From contig JBBTRP010000038.1 of assembly GCA_038065125.1 (NCBI GenBank), positions 1 to 49,323 of the forward strand: DNA of 49,323 nucleotides, in the 5' to 3' direction. The position numbers and the translations under genes were made by a program. Source of the stretch: Patescibacteria group bacterium. GTDB taxonomy: Bacteria; Patescibacteriota; Patescibacteriia; JACQRZ01. Positions 8,865 to 18,579 of the stretch are shown piece by piece (the first letter of the stretch is position 1; each line of letters starts with the position of its first letter). The notes beneath the pieces are model-generated. The model made no database searches, was not told the origin of the DNA, and was given only the letters and a program-made list of their open reading frames with translations.

Positions 8865-8954
8865 AGGGATGAGCGTACCACAGTCCCGAGGAAAATAAAA
8901 GAGTCCGGTGACACCCGGACTCTTTCTCCTACTCTCGGCTCTCGAGAGAGCGGA

Positions 8955-11900
8955 CTACTTCTTCGTATTTCCCCACGCTGCGTCTGCTCCCGCCATCATG
9001 ATCGTCATGCCGGCGTTCGTGAGCTGTGCGCCCGCAAGGTCGCCACCGAGCTCCTGCGCAGACTCCTGGTCGACAAGACCCTTTTCCGCCGCATACGAGA
9101 TCACTGCCGCGTTGTCTTTAAGGTTGAGATCCGGCGGAGCAATCTTATGCCCTTTGAGGACGTCGCGGATTGCTGTGCCGATCGTCACCGGCTTTGCGCC
9201 AATTTCGCGCAGTTTCTTTGCACTGTCAGTGACGTCATTGAGAACACGGTTGAAATCTTTTCGCGCAACCGGCGCCGTGGGGTTTTTATCAAGTCCCGCG
9301 CACACCGACGCCTTATCATCGACAAGACGTTTTGCGGAAGCCAGAAGCGGATCGCCGACATCAAGCGATTTGCAAGGAGTAATTCCCTTTGCAAACGCTT
9401 CTGTCTTTGATTCTTTCTGGATCGCCCCAAGAGCTGCGGTGAAGCCCTGGGCTACCGCTTCAATCGCCTCGTCAGAGTCTGACTCGACAATCGCGTCAAC
9501 CAGCTCGGCGGTCGCATCAGCTGCATGTCCTGCTGCTGTCGGAGCAAAGAGGTCTCCTTTGATCTTTTCGTTTGCCGCCTCAAGCGCCGTAATAGCTTCG
9601 GGGGAGACGTCACCGGCCTCTTTGAGTTCGCTGATAATTTCTTCGAGGTTTCCCTGCTCATTGACAACCTCCGCGTTCGCGATCAAGAGGGGTGCTTGGT
9701 GTACTTGCGGAGCCATTGCCACGGTCTCCGCTAATCCGACCGCCGCCTGGGGGTTTTGCGCTCCCACATCGGCAAGGGCGTCTGTCGCCTCAGCGCCCGC
9801 CTGTACCAATGCGAGCTTGAGATTCGGCGCAACGCTCGGGTCGACCGCGCCCGCAATCCCATTGAGTGTCTCGATGTCTTCTTCCGCGCTTACTTTATTT
9901 TCTGAGCCCGCACCGAGTGTCGCGTCAAAGGACTGTTTCACGTCCTCCGGAACATCATCAAGCGAAACTCCGGAGTCGGCTGCAATACCCTCAAATCCAT
10001 TCCAGAGGCCCTCGCCTTGTGCGGTAAGTTTTGCACGCTTTGTCTCGTCTTTTTCACCCTTCAGCGATGCGTTGATCTTTTTGATCTCACCGACAAGCTC
10101 TCTGCCGCGCGCCTGGAGGGACTTGGCAAGCGCCCCGACTTTTCCTGCGACAAAGCTTGCCGCCGCCTCCATGCCTTTACCCATGACCTTCACGTGATCC
10201 TTCAGGTCTTCCTTGGCAAGGGCGGTGTCGACTTCCAGTGCTTTCTTTTGGGCCTCAGCACCGAGCTCTTGCTCAAGTGCGTACAGCGCGTTCTTTTGTG
10301 TGGCGTCCTCGGTTTTTCCAATCTCTTCGATTAGGGCCTTGTGCTTTTCCGTAAGGTCGGAAAGACCCTGTGCCGCTCGCGAGGCTGCGCCACCCTCTGC
10401 TTGGGCCGCCTGAATCCGACGATCCCGGATGGCGATTTTTGAGTTGGCGGCTTCCACGTCAGCGTTAATGCGCGAATCGTTTGCAACAACACCTTCCGCA
10501 AGGACCGATCCCCACTGATTTTGAGAAACCTTTTTCCAGTTCGAGTTTATTTTTCCCGTGTTCCCGGAGTCGTTTGCAGCCCCAAGGCTTTCAACGTTCT
10601 TCTTCACGTCCGAGAAGCTGCGTTTCATAGCCGTGGTACCGTATCTTTCCATGAACTCTCCAAATTTCTGCGATCGCTCACTGACGTTGTCGATAAACGC
10701 ACCGCGGCTTGCTGAATCGTACGCCGAATCCAGTTCTCCTGTCTGGAGCGCGATCTCCTCCGCTTTTGGCGCGTACTTCATCATGGTTTCCTGGAGCTTC
10801 TTGCACTCGTCAGACTCCGCGGCATCACCCTTGCACTGGCTTTTGAACTCTCCCGCTTTTTCCAGAGCGATTTTTGCAAGACCCGCACTGGAATCAAAGC
10901 CTACCGGAGGCATCGGGGGAGGGACGCCCTTTCCTTGCTTCTGTGATCCTGGGGTTTTGGACGGCTCGCGCTGCGTGAAGAAACGCGCGGACTGTTCGAC
11001 TTGTCTTGCGATCACGTCCGAGACGGCGGTTCCCGCCTGCTCTGCGGCTGAGCGGACCTTCTCAAGAACCGCTTTCAGCGCATCCAACGATTTTCGCACG
11101 AGATCGAGGTTCTTTTCAGAGAAAGGCGCGTTTGAAAACAGCGTTCCCATATTCTCTCCTACCGTACCCCGATCCTCTGCGCTCATTTTGCCACCCAAAA
11201 ATCTCAATTCGTTCTGGACCCGGTGAAAATCATTCTGGGCGTCAAACACTGCCGGGTTGAAAGTGGTCGCTCCTCCCTCGGTCTGACCCTGGGTAGCGTC
11301 TTTTCCCTGCGGCATTTCCGGCTTTCCTTCGCCACTCTTTGACGGCTGCTCGCCCGCAAGACCTTTTTCTCCTACTCCTTCGCGGGATGTCACGGCAGAC
11401 GTCCCTCGGTTAGAGGATCGACGTGAAAAAAACCTTGCGCTTTCGCTCGGCTTTCCTTCCTGCTCGCTGAAATTAAACTTCTTTGCAACGTCTGATTTCT
11501 GCGCTTCAGACATCTTAGAGGGATCAAAGCCCTTCATGAAACAAGGCTTCTCCGACGTTGGCTCCTGGCCCTGGGCGCACTCGGACATCTGTTTACCCGC
11601 CATGTCCTTGTTCATCATCTCTTTCTTTGCGCCCTGATCGCCCTTTCCATCCGCAGGGCACGGAATGTCTTTACCTTCAGGATTTTTGCAGAAGCGCCGA
11701 TCCTGTCCCTTGTGTTCACCTCCTGCCTTACAGGCGGCGTTGTTTGGATCTGTCTTACAGATTTCCTGCGCTCCGGTCATTCCGGCGCCTTGCTTACACG
11801 CTGGGGTTTCTTTGTTCTCTGGCTTTGAGCAGTCTGGCATCGACTTATTATTCTGATTCTGCGCAGGACAGGTCTGTCCCGCAGGGCAGGCTGCTTGTTG

Positions 11901-12284
11901 ACTAGTGTTTGCCTGACTCGTTCCCTGTTCTGAAGCTCGTTTTGCGGCATCGGCGGCGTTACACGCATCCGGCGTCATCATGGCTCCTCCTGCAGATGCG
12001 CAAGAAATCATTCCGTTCGCCGTTCCCGCTCCAGTGTTTCCTGCCACTCCGGCAGCGCCTGCATTCGGGTCCACAAAGTTGTTCACTGGTTGGCTCCCGA
12101 CATTATTGTTCACCACGTTGTTCACCGGCTGAGTGTTCACCGGAGCCACAAATCCTCCAGCTGGAGGAACAAAGCCTCCTCCCGGGGGCATCATCTCGGC
12201 AAAAGCCGTGACAGGGGACATCAAGTTAATCACCATGCTTGCGATGGTGATCATCTGTATCGCCCGATTAGATCTTTTCATCAT
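8955..12284 (-). CDS. Giant secreted low-complexity protein (1109 aa) with a Cys-rich N-terminal module
   Basis: Signal-peptide-like N-terminus ending VTAFA, PPGGGF/PPAGGF repeats, about 16 Cys within the first ~260 aa, then a long A/K/E/Q-rich presumably helical region. No family recognised. Confidence 0.7.
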   Translation of the reverse strand: MMKRSNRAIQMITIASMVINLMSPVTAFAEMMPPGGGFVPPAGGFVAPVNTQPVNNVVNNNVGSQPVNNFVDPNAGAAGVAGNTGAGTANGMISCASAGGAMMTPDACNAADAAKRASEQGTSQANTSQQAACPAGQTCPAQNQNNKSMPDCSKPENKETPACKQGAGMTGAQEICKTDPNNAACKAGGEHKGQDRRFCKNPEGKDIPCPADGKGDQGAKKEMMNKDMAGKQMSECAQGQEPTSEKPCFMKGFDPSKMSEAQKSDVAKKFNFSEQEGKPSESARFFSRRSSNRGTSAVTSREGVGEKGLAGEQPSKSGEGKPEMPQGKDATQGQTEGGATTFNPAVFDAQNDFHRVQNELRFLGGKMSAEDRGTVGENMGTLFSNAPFSEKNLDLVRKSLDALKAVLEKVRSAAEQAGTAVSDVIARQVEQSARFFTQREPSKTPGSQKQGKGVPPPMPPVGFDSSAGLAKIALEKAGEFKSQCKGDAAESDECKKLQETMMKYAPKAEEIALQTGELDSAYDSASRGAFIDNVSERSQKFGEFMERYGTTAMKRSFSDVKKNVESLGAANDSGNTGKINSNWKKVSQNQWGSVLAEGVVANDSRINADVEAANSKIAIRDRRIQAAQAEGGAASRAAQGLSDLTEKHKALIEEIGKTEDATQKNALYALEQELGAEAQKKALEVDTALAKEDLKDHVKVMGKGMEAAASFVAGKVGALAKSLQARGRELVGEIKKINASLKGEKDETKRAKLTAQGEGLWNGFEGIAADSGVSLDDVPEDVKQSFDATLGAGSENKVSAEEDIETLNGIAGAVDPSVAPNLKLALVQAGAEATDALADVGAQNPQAAVGLAETVAMAPQVHQAPLLIANAEVVNEQGNLEEIISELKEAGDVSPEAITALEAANEKIKGDLFAPTAAGHAADATAELVDAIVESDSDEAIEAVAQGFTAALGAIQKESKTEAFAKGITPCKSLDVGDPLLASAKRLVDDKASVCAGLDKNPTAPVARKDFNRVLNDVTDSAKKLREIGAKPVTIGTAIRDVLKGHKIAPPDLNLKDNAAVISYAAEKGLVDQESAQELGGDLAGAQLTNAGMTIMMAGADAAWGNTKK

Positions 12285-12491
12285 ACTGATCGATCAGATT
12301 TATTAATAAATTCGCTCATAAGTATAGCATGCGATTCCTGCGATACCTGTGTATAGCGGTAAGATCCTAATAAGACCCCTGTCTCATGCACATGGACGCC
12401 ATTTCGTCATGGAAACGTGAAGAGAGGTTTCCGTCCGTAGAACTACCATGAGGGCCCCGTGATCATCTTTCTAACCATAACGCCATTTCGT

Positions 12492-13616
12492 ATGACGCCA
12501 ATGAACACGAGACGCATCAGCGCCATTGTCATTGCCTCGTTTCTTGTTGTGTCTCCCGCCCTTGCGGAAGGTACCTGCGTAAAGGTTCCGCCCGGGCACC
12601 TCATCACAAAAGATTGGGTAAAAACATACGGCAATCTCCCGCTCTGCAAGCCAATCCCTCCCGGCATTGCGAAAAAAATTGCCGACCTTAAAAAACCTCT
12701 CACTCCCCCCGACCGAAAAGCCCCTGAGCTCTTCGCTGCAACCGTCACAAACGTGACGCAGACGAGCGCGACAATCTCCTGGATCTCAGATGAGCTCTCC
12801 ACAAGCGTTGTGGCATACTCGACCATCACACCGGTTCTGAAAGCTGCCTCTCTGACGCGTATCGCATCAGACATGGAATATGTGACCTTTCACTCAGTTA
12901 CCCTGACCGGGCTCTCCTCGGATACCACCTATTACTTCCGCGTCTACTCGCGTGACCGGGCGGGCAATCAAGGAAAACTTTTAGACCACTCGTTCACTAC
13001 CGGCGGGCCCGATGTGACCACACCACAGATCTTTGCGCCAACCGTCACCGGCAGTGCGCAGACCACAGCTACAATCATGTGGCTCACGGACGAGGATGCG
13101 AGCGGGAAGGTGTACTATGGGACGACCACGCCTTTAAACACCGGTGCCGCATCAACCCAAACGACCTTTTCGGGTACACTGGAAATGTTCCACACCATGA
13201 CGCTTGCAGGACTTGCTCCCGGAACAACGTATTACTATATTCTTGAGTCCGCTGATACACGCGGTAACACCGGTAAGGTAGCAGAACACTCGTTTACCAC
13301 ACTGGGGCCTGCGGGCGACACCACCGCGCCGACAATCACCGGCGTAAATGCCGCCACTCTTGCAACGAGCGCAAGGGTCGGCTGGTCAACCAATGAGCCG
13401 GCAACCAGCAAAATCTACTATGGGACGACCACCCCGTTGAGTATCGGCGGCCCCACAACGCTTGTCGCGTCTCAGAATGCCTTTGTCACCGCTCACGCGC
13501 TCTCGCTCAACGGCCTTACGGCAAATACCCGGTACTTTTTCATCGCTGAGTCTCGCGACGCGGCCTCAAACTCCTCCTTCTCCTCTGAAGCAAGTTTTGT
13601 CACGAGTCCGCAGTAA
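12492..13616 (+). CDS. Secreted protein with three fibronectin-III / purple-acid-phosphatase-N-like repeats
   Basis: Signal peptide (ISAIVIASFLVVSPALA). The pattern TATI(S/M)W.(S/T)DE..S..V.YG....H...L.GL...T.YY(F/Y).V.S.D..GN occurs three times. Confidence 0.75.
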   Translation: MTPMNTRRISAIVIASFLVVSPALAEGTCVKVPPGHLITKDWVKTYGNLPLCKPIPPGIAKKIADLKKPLTPPDRKAPELFAATVTNVTQTSATISWISDELSTSVVAYSTITPVLKAASLTRIASDMEYVTFHSVTLTGLSSDTTYYFRVYSRDRAGNQGKLLDHSFTTGGPDVTTPQIFAPTVTGSAQTTATIMWLTDEDASGKVYYGTTTPLNTGAASTQTTFSGTLEMFHTMTLAGLAPGTTYYYILESADTRGNTGKVAEHSFTTLGPAGDTTAPTITGVNAATLATSARVGWSTNEPATSKIYYGTTTPLSIGGPTTLVASQNAFVTAHALSLNGLTANTRYFFIAESRDAASNSSFSSEASFVTSPQ

Positions 13617-13635
13617 CGGTCATTGGACCCACTAG

Positions 13636-13667
13636 TCAACGCCTCAACCCCTTGAGGCGTTGATTTT
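13636..13667. terminator. Bidirectional terminator between convergent genes
   Basis: TCAACGCCTCAA cccc TTGAGGCGTTGA followed by TTTT. Confidence 0.6.
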
Positions 13668-15264
13668 ACTTGCCACGAACAAAGGTATACCCCGCGTAGG
13701 ATACCTCTGGCTGGTCGTTAAAATCCTTCCAGTAGACGCGCTTACCGGACGGGAGATCGCGGGGAAGAAGATCGGCCCTTTCAATCTCTTCGTAGTCAAT
13801 GGTGTTTGTAACGATCATGAGTGACTGAACCGATTGAGGAACGTGGATCGTGTCCCCGTATTGGAATGCGAGCTTCGAGTGGTTCTGAATTCGAAAGTAT
13901 TTTTTTTCTTTCCAAAAAAGTTCCACAACATCAACGCCCGGCAGATAGTAGCTCATATGTCGCATATACTCTTTTGTATTCTTGATCCACGGGGCGCCGG
14001 GCTTTTCCCGATACCGGAATCCTCGTTCGGTAATGACTACGAGGGAGCGCGGATCGACACCTTGCGCGTGGCGCACCAGGCCACCAATATCTGAATCGCT
14101 CTTGGCAAGCTCTGTGCGCGTAAAAAATCCATACCACCAGCTAACGCGCTGAAACGAGCGCGTGAGAGTGGGGGAAGCGCCAAGGAAGAAAGCAGCATGG
14201 AAGATAATAAGCGCAACGAGAAGAACGTTTCGATGCGGAATATGAACGATCGCGATCCCGCCCAATAACACAAGGGCCCCGAGAATAGTCATCACATATC
14301 CTGCTTGGCCCAAATGAAGGAAGCCGTACACGAATAGAGAAGGAGCGATCCAGAGCGCAAGGATCCACAGATGATGCGAGGGAGTTGTACGCATGCGGGA
14401 GTGGAGGAGAAAAAGAGGTGCGAACGCGATGAAAATAAAAAATGATGATCCTGCGGCAATCAAAATCTTGGCGAGGAGTTTGAGCTGTGAGAGTGTCGCG
14501 CCCCACGGCGCTCCGGCAAAAATCGAGGTTGTCTGCGCAGACCGCAAAAGCAAGAGATCGGTGATGTGTGTATACGGCCCCCATCCGCCCGCCAATGACA
14601 AAAGCGGCACAAACCAGATTCCAAATGCACTCAGCCCCAGAAGCGCGCCAATCACACTGTCTTTTCGCGAGCAGAGTCGGCGGGTGATCGCCACACCGAT
14701 GGCAAAAATAAACAATGGTGCAAAGAGCACGAGGAGGCTCTGCCGAATCCCGCCCGAGAGAAAATACAAGAATACAAACGAGCCGAGATATTTTTTGTCT
14801 GATGTCTCGTAGAGACGCACGGCGCACAGTGCGAACGCGAGCGAGAAGAGGAGATCAAAAATATAGGCGGTCGCCACCTCGCCATAAAACCACACTGCGG
14901 GAAGAGAGAGGAGGGCGAGCGCGAACAAAAAGGAAAAAGCGGTGTCGCGAAAGAACGCTTTTGCAAGACGGAAAAACAAAACTCCGCACACCGCTGCTGC
15001 GAGGATACTTATCGCAACAAACCCGGCGTTGGCATCCGCACTCAGTGCCGCAGCGATCTTTCCCAGTGCAATATAGAGGATATATCCAGGCGGGTGGGGC
15101 TGGTGCGTGGCAAGGTTAAATTTCTCAAGCGCCAAGGCGAACTGCACCGAGTCCCAGGTATACAAGTAGTGCGTCTGGAAGGGGATCCGCGTCGCGAAGA
15201 CAAACAGAATCAGAAAAATCTCGTGCCAGTTCGCTCGTGCGCTGCGGAGTATATTTGAGATCAT
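13666..15264 (-). CDS. Polytopic GT-C type glycosyltransferase (GT39/ArnT/PMT_2-like)
   Basis: At least 10 hydrophobic helices. The N-terminal loop RIPFQTHYLYTWDSVQFALALE..HQPHPPGY is typical of the PMT_2/DUF2723 group. The ATG at 15264 makes an ATGA overlap with the upstream stop. Confidence 0.7.
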   Translation of the reverse strand: MISNILRSARANWHEIFLILFVFATRIPFQTHYLYTWDSVQFALALEKFNLATHQPHPPGYILYIALGKIAAALSADANAGFVAISILAAAVCGVLFFRLAKAFFRDTAFSFLFALALLSLPAVWFYGEVATAYIFDLLFSLAFALCAVRLYETSDKKYLGSFVFLYFLSGGIRQSLLVLFAPLFIFAIGVAITRRLCSRKDSVIGALLGLSAFGIWFVPLLSLAGGWGPYTHITDLLLLRSAQTTSIFAGAPWGATLSQLKLLAKILIAAGSSFFIFIAFAPLFLLHSRMRTTPSHHLWILALWIAPSLFVYGFLHLGQAGYVMTILGALVLLGGIAIVHIPHRNVLLVALIIFHAAFFLGASPTLTRSFQRVSWWYGFFTRTELAKSDSDIGGLVRHAQGVDPRSLVVITERGFRYREKPGAPWIKNTKEYMRHMSYYLPGVDVVELFWKEKKYFRIQNHSKLAFQYGDTIHVPQSVQSLMIVTNTIDYEEIERADLLPRDLPSGKRVYWKDFNDQPEVSYAGYTFVRGK

Positions 15265-16295
15265 GGGAACAGATACGCTCGCTTCTCGATTGCCGCGGTG
15301 CATACCGGCCGATCGCCCTTCTTCAGGCTGGGACATAGGGCGCGCGCTTCTTTGAGTGACCCGTGATGATCGATGAAAAGACCGATCAACCCATCAAGGC
15401 ACGGCTCCCTGCCTGCACTGGGGGCGTTTTTACAAACTGCTACGGCGCGAGTCGGCTCAGTGATAAAATGCTTTACCGCCTCCCCGCCAATACCGGCAAA
15501 ACACGGCTCCTGTACTCCCTTGTCAAGCGTCGCACACCAGCCAAGAGCCTTCTTATAGTTATTTCTTTCTAATGAGAGGGTATATTTCGCGGCGTACAAC
15601 ACGCACGCGCTTCGAAACTTCTCGTCAATTTCAAAACAGGGGTAGGCCGGCTCTCCAGGCCGCAGATACGCTGTTGGATGAACAAGTGTGTCGCTATTAA
15701 AATTCTCCATAAACGCGCCGTCAGCACAGGTGACCTGCTCAAACTCGCTGGGGTACTCGTTGCAGAGGCCAAGCGACTGAATCAGATTGTTTCCGGTGTA
15801 GTACATAGTGCCGTGCCCGACGCCATGGTAGCAGTTCCACTGGCCGAACGATCGCTCTTCGTACTTCTCGCATGCGGTGCGGATGCTTTCGATAATATCC
15901 GATGAGTTTTCAAACGACGCCTCGATCACTCCGTGAGTATACCCGGAAATGCAGAGCGGATCACGAAATGCGATTGCTGCAGAAAAGTCTTCATATTTTT
16001 TGAGTGCCTCGCGACCAAGAGCATGTACAAAACGATGGCACTCCGCCGCGACGTTCCGATCTTTCTTCATGAGCTTCGAAAGGCGGATGAGCGCTGTTCG
16101 CGGATTTTTTTTGTAAAGCAATGTGATCAGTTCTTTTTCTGTTTTCGCATACGCGGCCTCTGAGAGATGGGGAGTCTGATGGTTAGTCGCCACATCGCCA
16201 AATGCAGCCGGTACAACAGGTCCGCCCGCGCCGGTAATAAGGAGAAAAAAAATTAATCCAAATATTCTCTTTACTTGTCGCATAGAATGTCTCAT
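15261..16295 (-). CDS. Secreted Cys-rich hypothetical protein
   Basis: Signal-like RIFGLIFFLLITGAGG and many spaced Cys and His residues (CHRFVHALG, WNCYHGVGHG). Start is at 16295 or 16283; the track start at 16337 lies inside trailer element C. Confidence 0.55.
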   Translation of the reverse strand: MRHSMRQVKRIFGLIFFLLITGAGGPVVPAAFGDVATNHQTPHLSEAAYAKTEKELITLLYKKNPRTALIRLSKLMKKDRNVAAECHRFVHALGREALKKYEDFSAAIAFRDPLCISGYTHGVIEASFENSSDIIESIRTACEKYEERSFGQWNCYHGVGHGTMYYTGNNLIQSLGLCNEYPSEFEQVTCADGAFMENFNSDTLVHPTAYLRPGEPAYPCFEIDEKFRSACVLYAAKYTLSLERNNYKKALGWCATLDKGVQEPCFAGIGGEAVKHFITEPTRAVAVCKNAPSAGREPCLDGLIGLFIDHHGSLKEARALCPSLKKGDRPVCTAAIEKRAYLFP

Positions 16296-16299
16296 CTGG

Positions 16300-16510
16300 T
16301 CGGGCTGCTCCCGAATTCCGCTCTCAGGACCGTCCACTGGACGTCAGGCGTTTGCCCGGGGTGTACTCGGAAGTGCCACTGGCACTCCTCGCTCGCTCCT
16401 TTGGCTCCTACGGCTATTCGCCTCGTGCCAGGTCGCTCACACCCGTTCGATTCCCTTTCAAATCCATTAGGGACATGATACTCCAACTTCGTTGGAATCT
16501 CATGTCCCTA
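16300..16510 (-). repeat. tRNA-trailer structured element, copy C (behind tRNA-Pro)
   Basis: 10-nt direct repeat TCGGGCTGCT (16300-16309 = 16511-16520). 16445-16455 is the exact reverse complement of the T-arm at 16521-16531. It has the core at 16358-16402, a palindrome at 16331-16343 and a long hairpin at 16468-16510. Confidence 0.75.
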
Positions 16511-16581
16511 TCGGGCTGCTGGGAATCGAACCCAGTCTACTTGGTCCCAAACCAAGCGTACTACCGGTATACGACAGCCCG
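16511..16581 (-). tRNA. trnP: tRNA-Pro (UGG), CCA not encoded
   Basis: C1-G72 acceptor CGGGCTG/CAGCCCG, anticodon stem CTTGG/CCAAG with loop TTTGGGA, T-arm CTGGG-TTCGATT-CCCAG. Confidence 0.9.
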
Positions 16582-16649
16582 TCATCGTCGCAAGTCTGTT
16601 TCTCATCGTAGTTGATTTGAGACTCACAGACAAGGAGGAGCTGAACCGT

Positions 16650-18233
16650 CTATGTGTCGCCCGGCTTTCCCGCTTCACGCTCGAGGGAGTCGATGAGCGT
16701 TCGGGTATACTCATTCTCCATAAGAAGCGGCATACTCTTTGTTTTCTCCAAAAGATCGGGGATCGCCTGATGCAGTGGCGGGCGCGTCATCCGTCGAACC
16801 GCCTTGACGACCCAGAACCGATCAAAGGACGCAAGCACCTCTTGAGGGTCATTTTTTACAAGTCGACTCACGAAATGTTGTAATTTTTCTTCGTTGTATA
16901 CCTTGCGGCCATCAATAGTAAGAAGGTGCTCAAAAATCACTCCGACCCCCTCGGGGGTCCACCCTTGGGTTTCAAACACGTGCTGAAGAGCTGTGGTCAA
17001 GTCGGTGATTCGTCGTTCGAAAACATCGGCAAGGACGGGATTTTCTACCGTAATGAGCTGTCCACCCTCTTTATTCTTTTCACGGAGCTTGATGACCCCG
17101 ATTCCGCTTCCGCCTTCTGCGCGAGAAGATACCCGTAAAAGCGGATATACTACTGCGGACGGTTCAAAAATCACCTTCCCGCATGATGAGAGCCGTTCTC
17201 CGAAGCGCGTATCCTCTCCTTTGCCGACCGTCGGGATCCCGTCTGCGAGCGCTGTTTGGTATGCTCGTGCCGACATACTCGGACCGACGGTTTTTGCTTG
17301 CATTTCAAAGGACTCATGAGGCCGTGACCGCTGGTGGAAAAGAGCGTGGTGATACGCAAGAATCAGTTTTTTATAGAGCCCCTGCAGATGCTTCAGCCGA
17401 AAAAGCTCGTCATCAAGGGCGTCTTTGTCGTGCTCCATAATCACCTCGCCGGTCACGCCGATCGCATCCGGTCTTCGGGTGTACGCGTCAATGAGATTCC
17501 TGAGGTAGTCGGGGTCAAGACGCGTGTCAGCATCAGTGTGAGCAACAATCCCGTTGCGGTCGATCTCAAGAAACCGCTCGATTGCCTCTGCGGTTCCTCG
17601 ATTTCGCGCGCCGCCCACATTCGCGACCTCCTCAGGAAGCGTCTTTCCATCAGACGCCTTATCGACAATATGCACCTTCACGCCGTGTTCCTTTAGTAAG
17701 TCAATCGCCTCTCTCTCGTCATCAGAGAGGTCACTGCTGGCTGCTCCGGTTGTGATGTGCGCAAGGATGGAAAGTGTCTCTTGGTTGTCCTGCCGTGCCC
17801 GCAGGAAGTGCTCGCAACGGGAGCGGTACACAGTCTCCGGTTCGTTCTCCAGGCGCGTTGGTGCATGCGTAGGATTATTGACGACAACAATCGCCTCAAA
17901 CTCTTCGGGGGAGGTGCCGCGCTGCTCCGCAAGAGAAGCGAGGAGTCGAAACACATGCTCGCGTTCGCCGTAGGCGGGAATGACGAGCGAAAGAACGCAC
18001 GCGGGGTCCATCGGGATCCCGATTCGCTCTTCAGTCTGAGGAAGATGTTTCTCGACGTATTCGCGAGCGGTCTCTTTAAGGCGTTCCTCCTCTGGAATCA
18101 TGCCGTCGTATCGGGCTGACATATCTTTAACGCGGCAGTACGTCAGAAAGTCGCGCTGCCGCAAAGCGGATGTACTTTTTTTGATCCGCGGCCCCAGTAC
18201 GAGAGGAGGGCATGCGGGATTTGCGAAAGACAA
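16650..18233 (-). CDS. Family-2-like (GT-A) glycosyltransferase, large
   Basis: LVIPAYGE...IVVVNN and DADTRLDPDYL (DxD) motifs. The start codon is uncertain. Confidence 0.6.
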   Translation of the reverse strand: MSFANPACPPLVLGPRIKKSTSALRQRDFLTYCRVKDMSARYDGMIPEEERLKETAREYVEKHLPQTEERIGIPMDPACVLSLVIPAYGEREHVFRLLASLAEQRGTSPEEFEAIVVVNNPTHAPTRLENEPETVYRSRCEHFLRARQDNQETLSILAHITTGAASSDLSDDEREAIDLLKEHGVKVHIVDKASDGKTLPEEVANVGGARNRGTAEAIERFLEIDRNGIVAHTDADTRLDPDYLRNLIDAYTRRPDAIGVTGEVIMEHDKDALDDELFRLKHLQGLYKKLILAYHHALFHQRSRPHESFEMQAKTVGPSMSARAYQTALADGIPTVGKGEDTRFGERLSSCGKVIFEPSAVVYPLLRVSSRAEGGSGIGVIKLREKNKEGGQLITVENPVLADVFERRITDLTTALQHVFETQGWTPEGVGVIFEHLLTIDGRKVYNEEKLQHFVSRLVKNDPQEVLASFDRFWVVKAVRRMTRPPLHQAIPDLLEKTKSMPLLMENEYTRTLIDSLEREAGKPGDT

Positions 18234-18357
18234 TAATCGTCATAGCGTGGCATGACGAGGTCGGTATCTCGGGATGGGACAATCAATTTTTCGCTTCGGC
18301 GAGTAGTCATGGTGGTAGTGTATCTTTCCTATCCTAAATGATTCACGCGTCTCGGAC

Positions 18358-18579
18358 AAGAAAAAACCTCCTTCGGGGGAGGTTTTTTCAATGCCGAGGG
18401 CGAGGATCGGTCTCGCCTCTCGTCGCCTCCCGGCTCCTCGGGCTGACCACCGCCTCGCGGTCCGGCTCGCCACTCTGCGTCGCCGGACATCGCTCCGGCG
18501 TTCGATCCCCGACGCGATCCAAACTGTTGGATCGCTCCCTGGCATAAGAAAAAACCTCCTTCGGGGGAGGTTTTTTCAA
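18358..18579 (-). repeat. tRNA-Phe trailer: 52-nt direct repeat (terminator hairpin plus tRNA 3' end) flanking a 136-nt GC-rich structured insert
   Basis: 18358-18409 and 18546-18597 are identical. The copy continues as a near-complete T-arm (GGCGAGGATCGGTCTCGCC). The insert contains GGATCGAAC, which is complementary to the host T-loop, plus several hairpins. Confidence 0.65.

Noticed and set aside
8908-10197. A 429-aa ORF on the plus strand
   Set aside because: It lies entirely antisense to the 1109-aa secreted-protein gene. It is extreme A/S/P/T low complexity with no start context. This is a typical shadow ORF of GC-rich repetitive coding sequence.
10558-11226. A 222-aa plus-strand ORF, with other plus-strand ORFs from 9147 to 12356
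   Set aside because: All are antisense to the giant secreted-protein gene and have low-complexity composition.
14141-14827. A 228-aa minus-strand ORF, with nearby ORFs 14393-14812, 14652-14966 and 14715-15119
   Set aside because: They are alternative frames or antisense within the GT39-like membrane protein gene. They are R/S/C-rich with non-protein-like composition.
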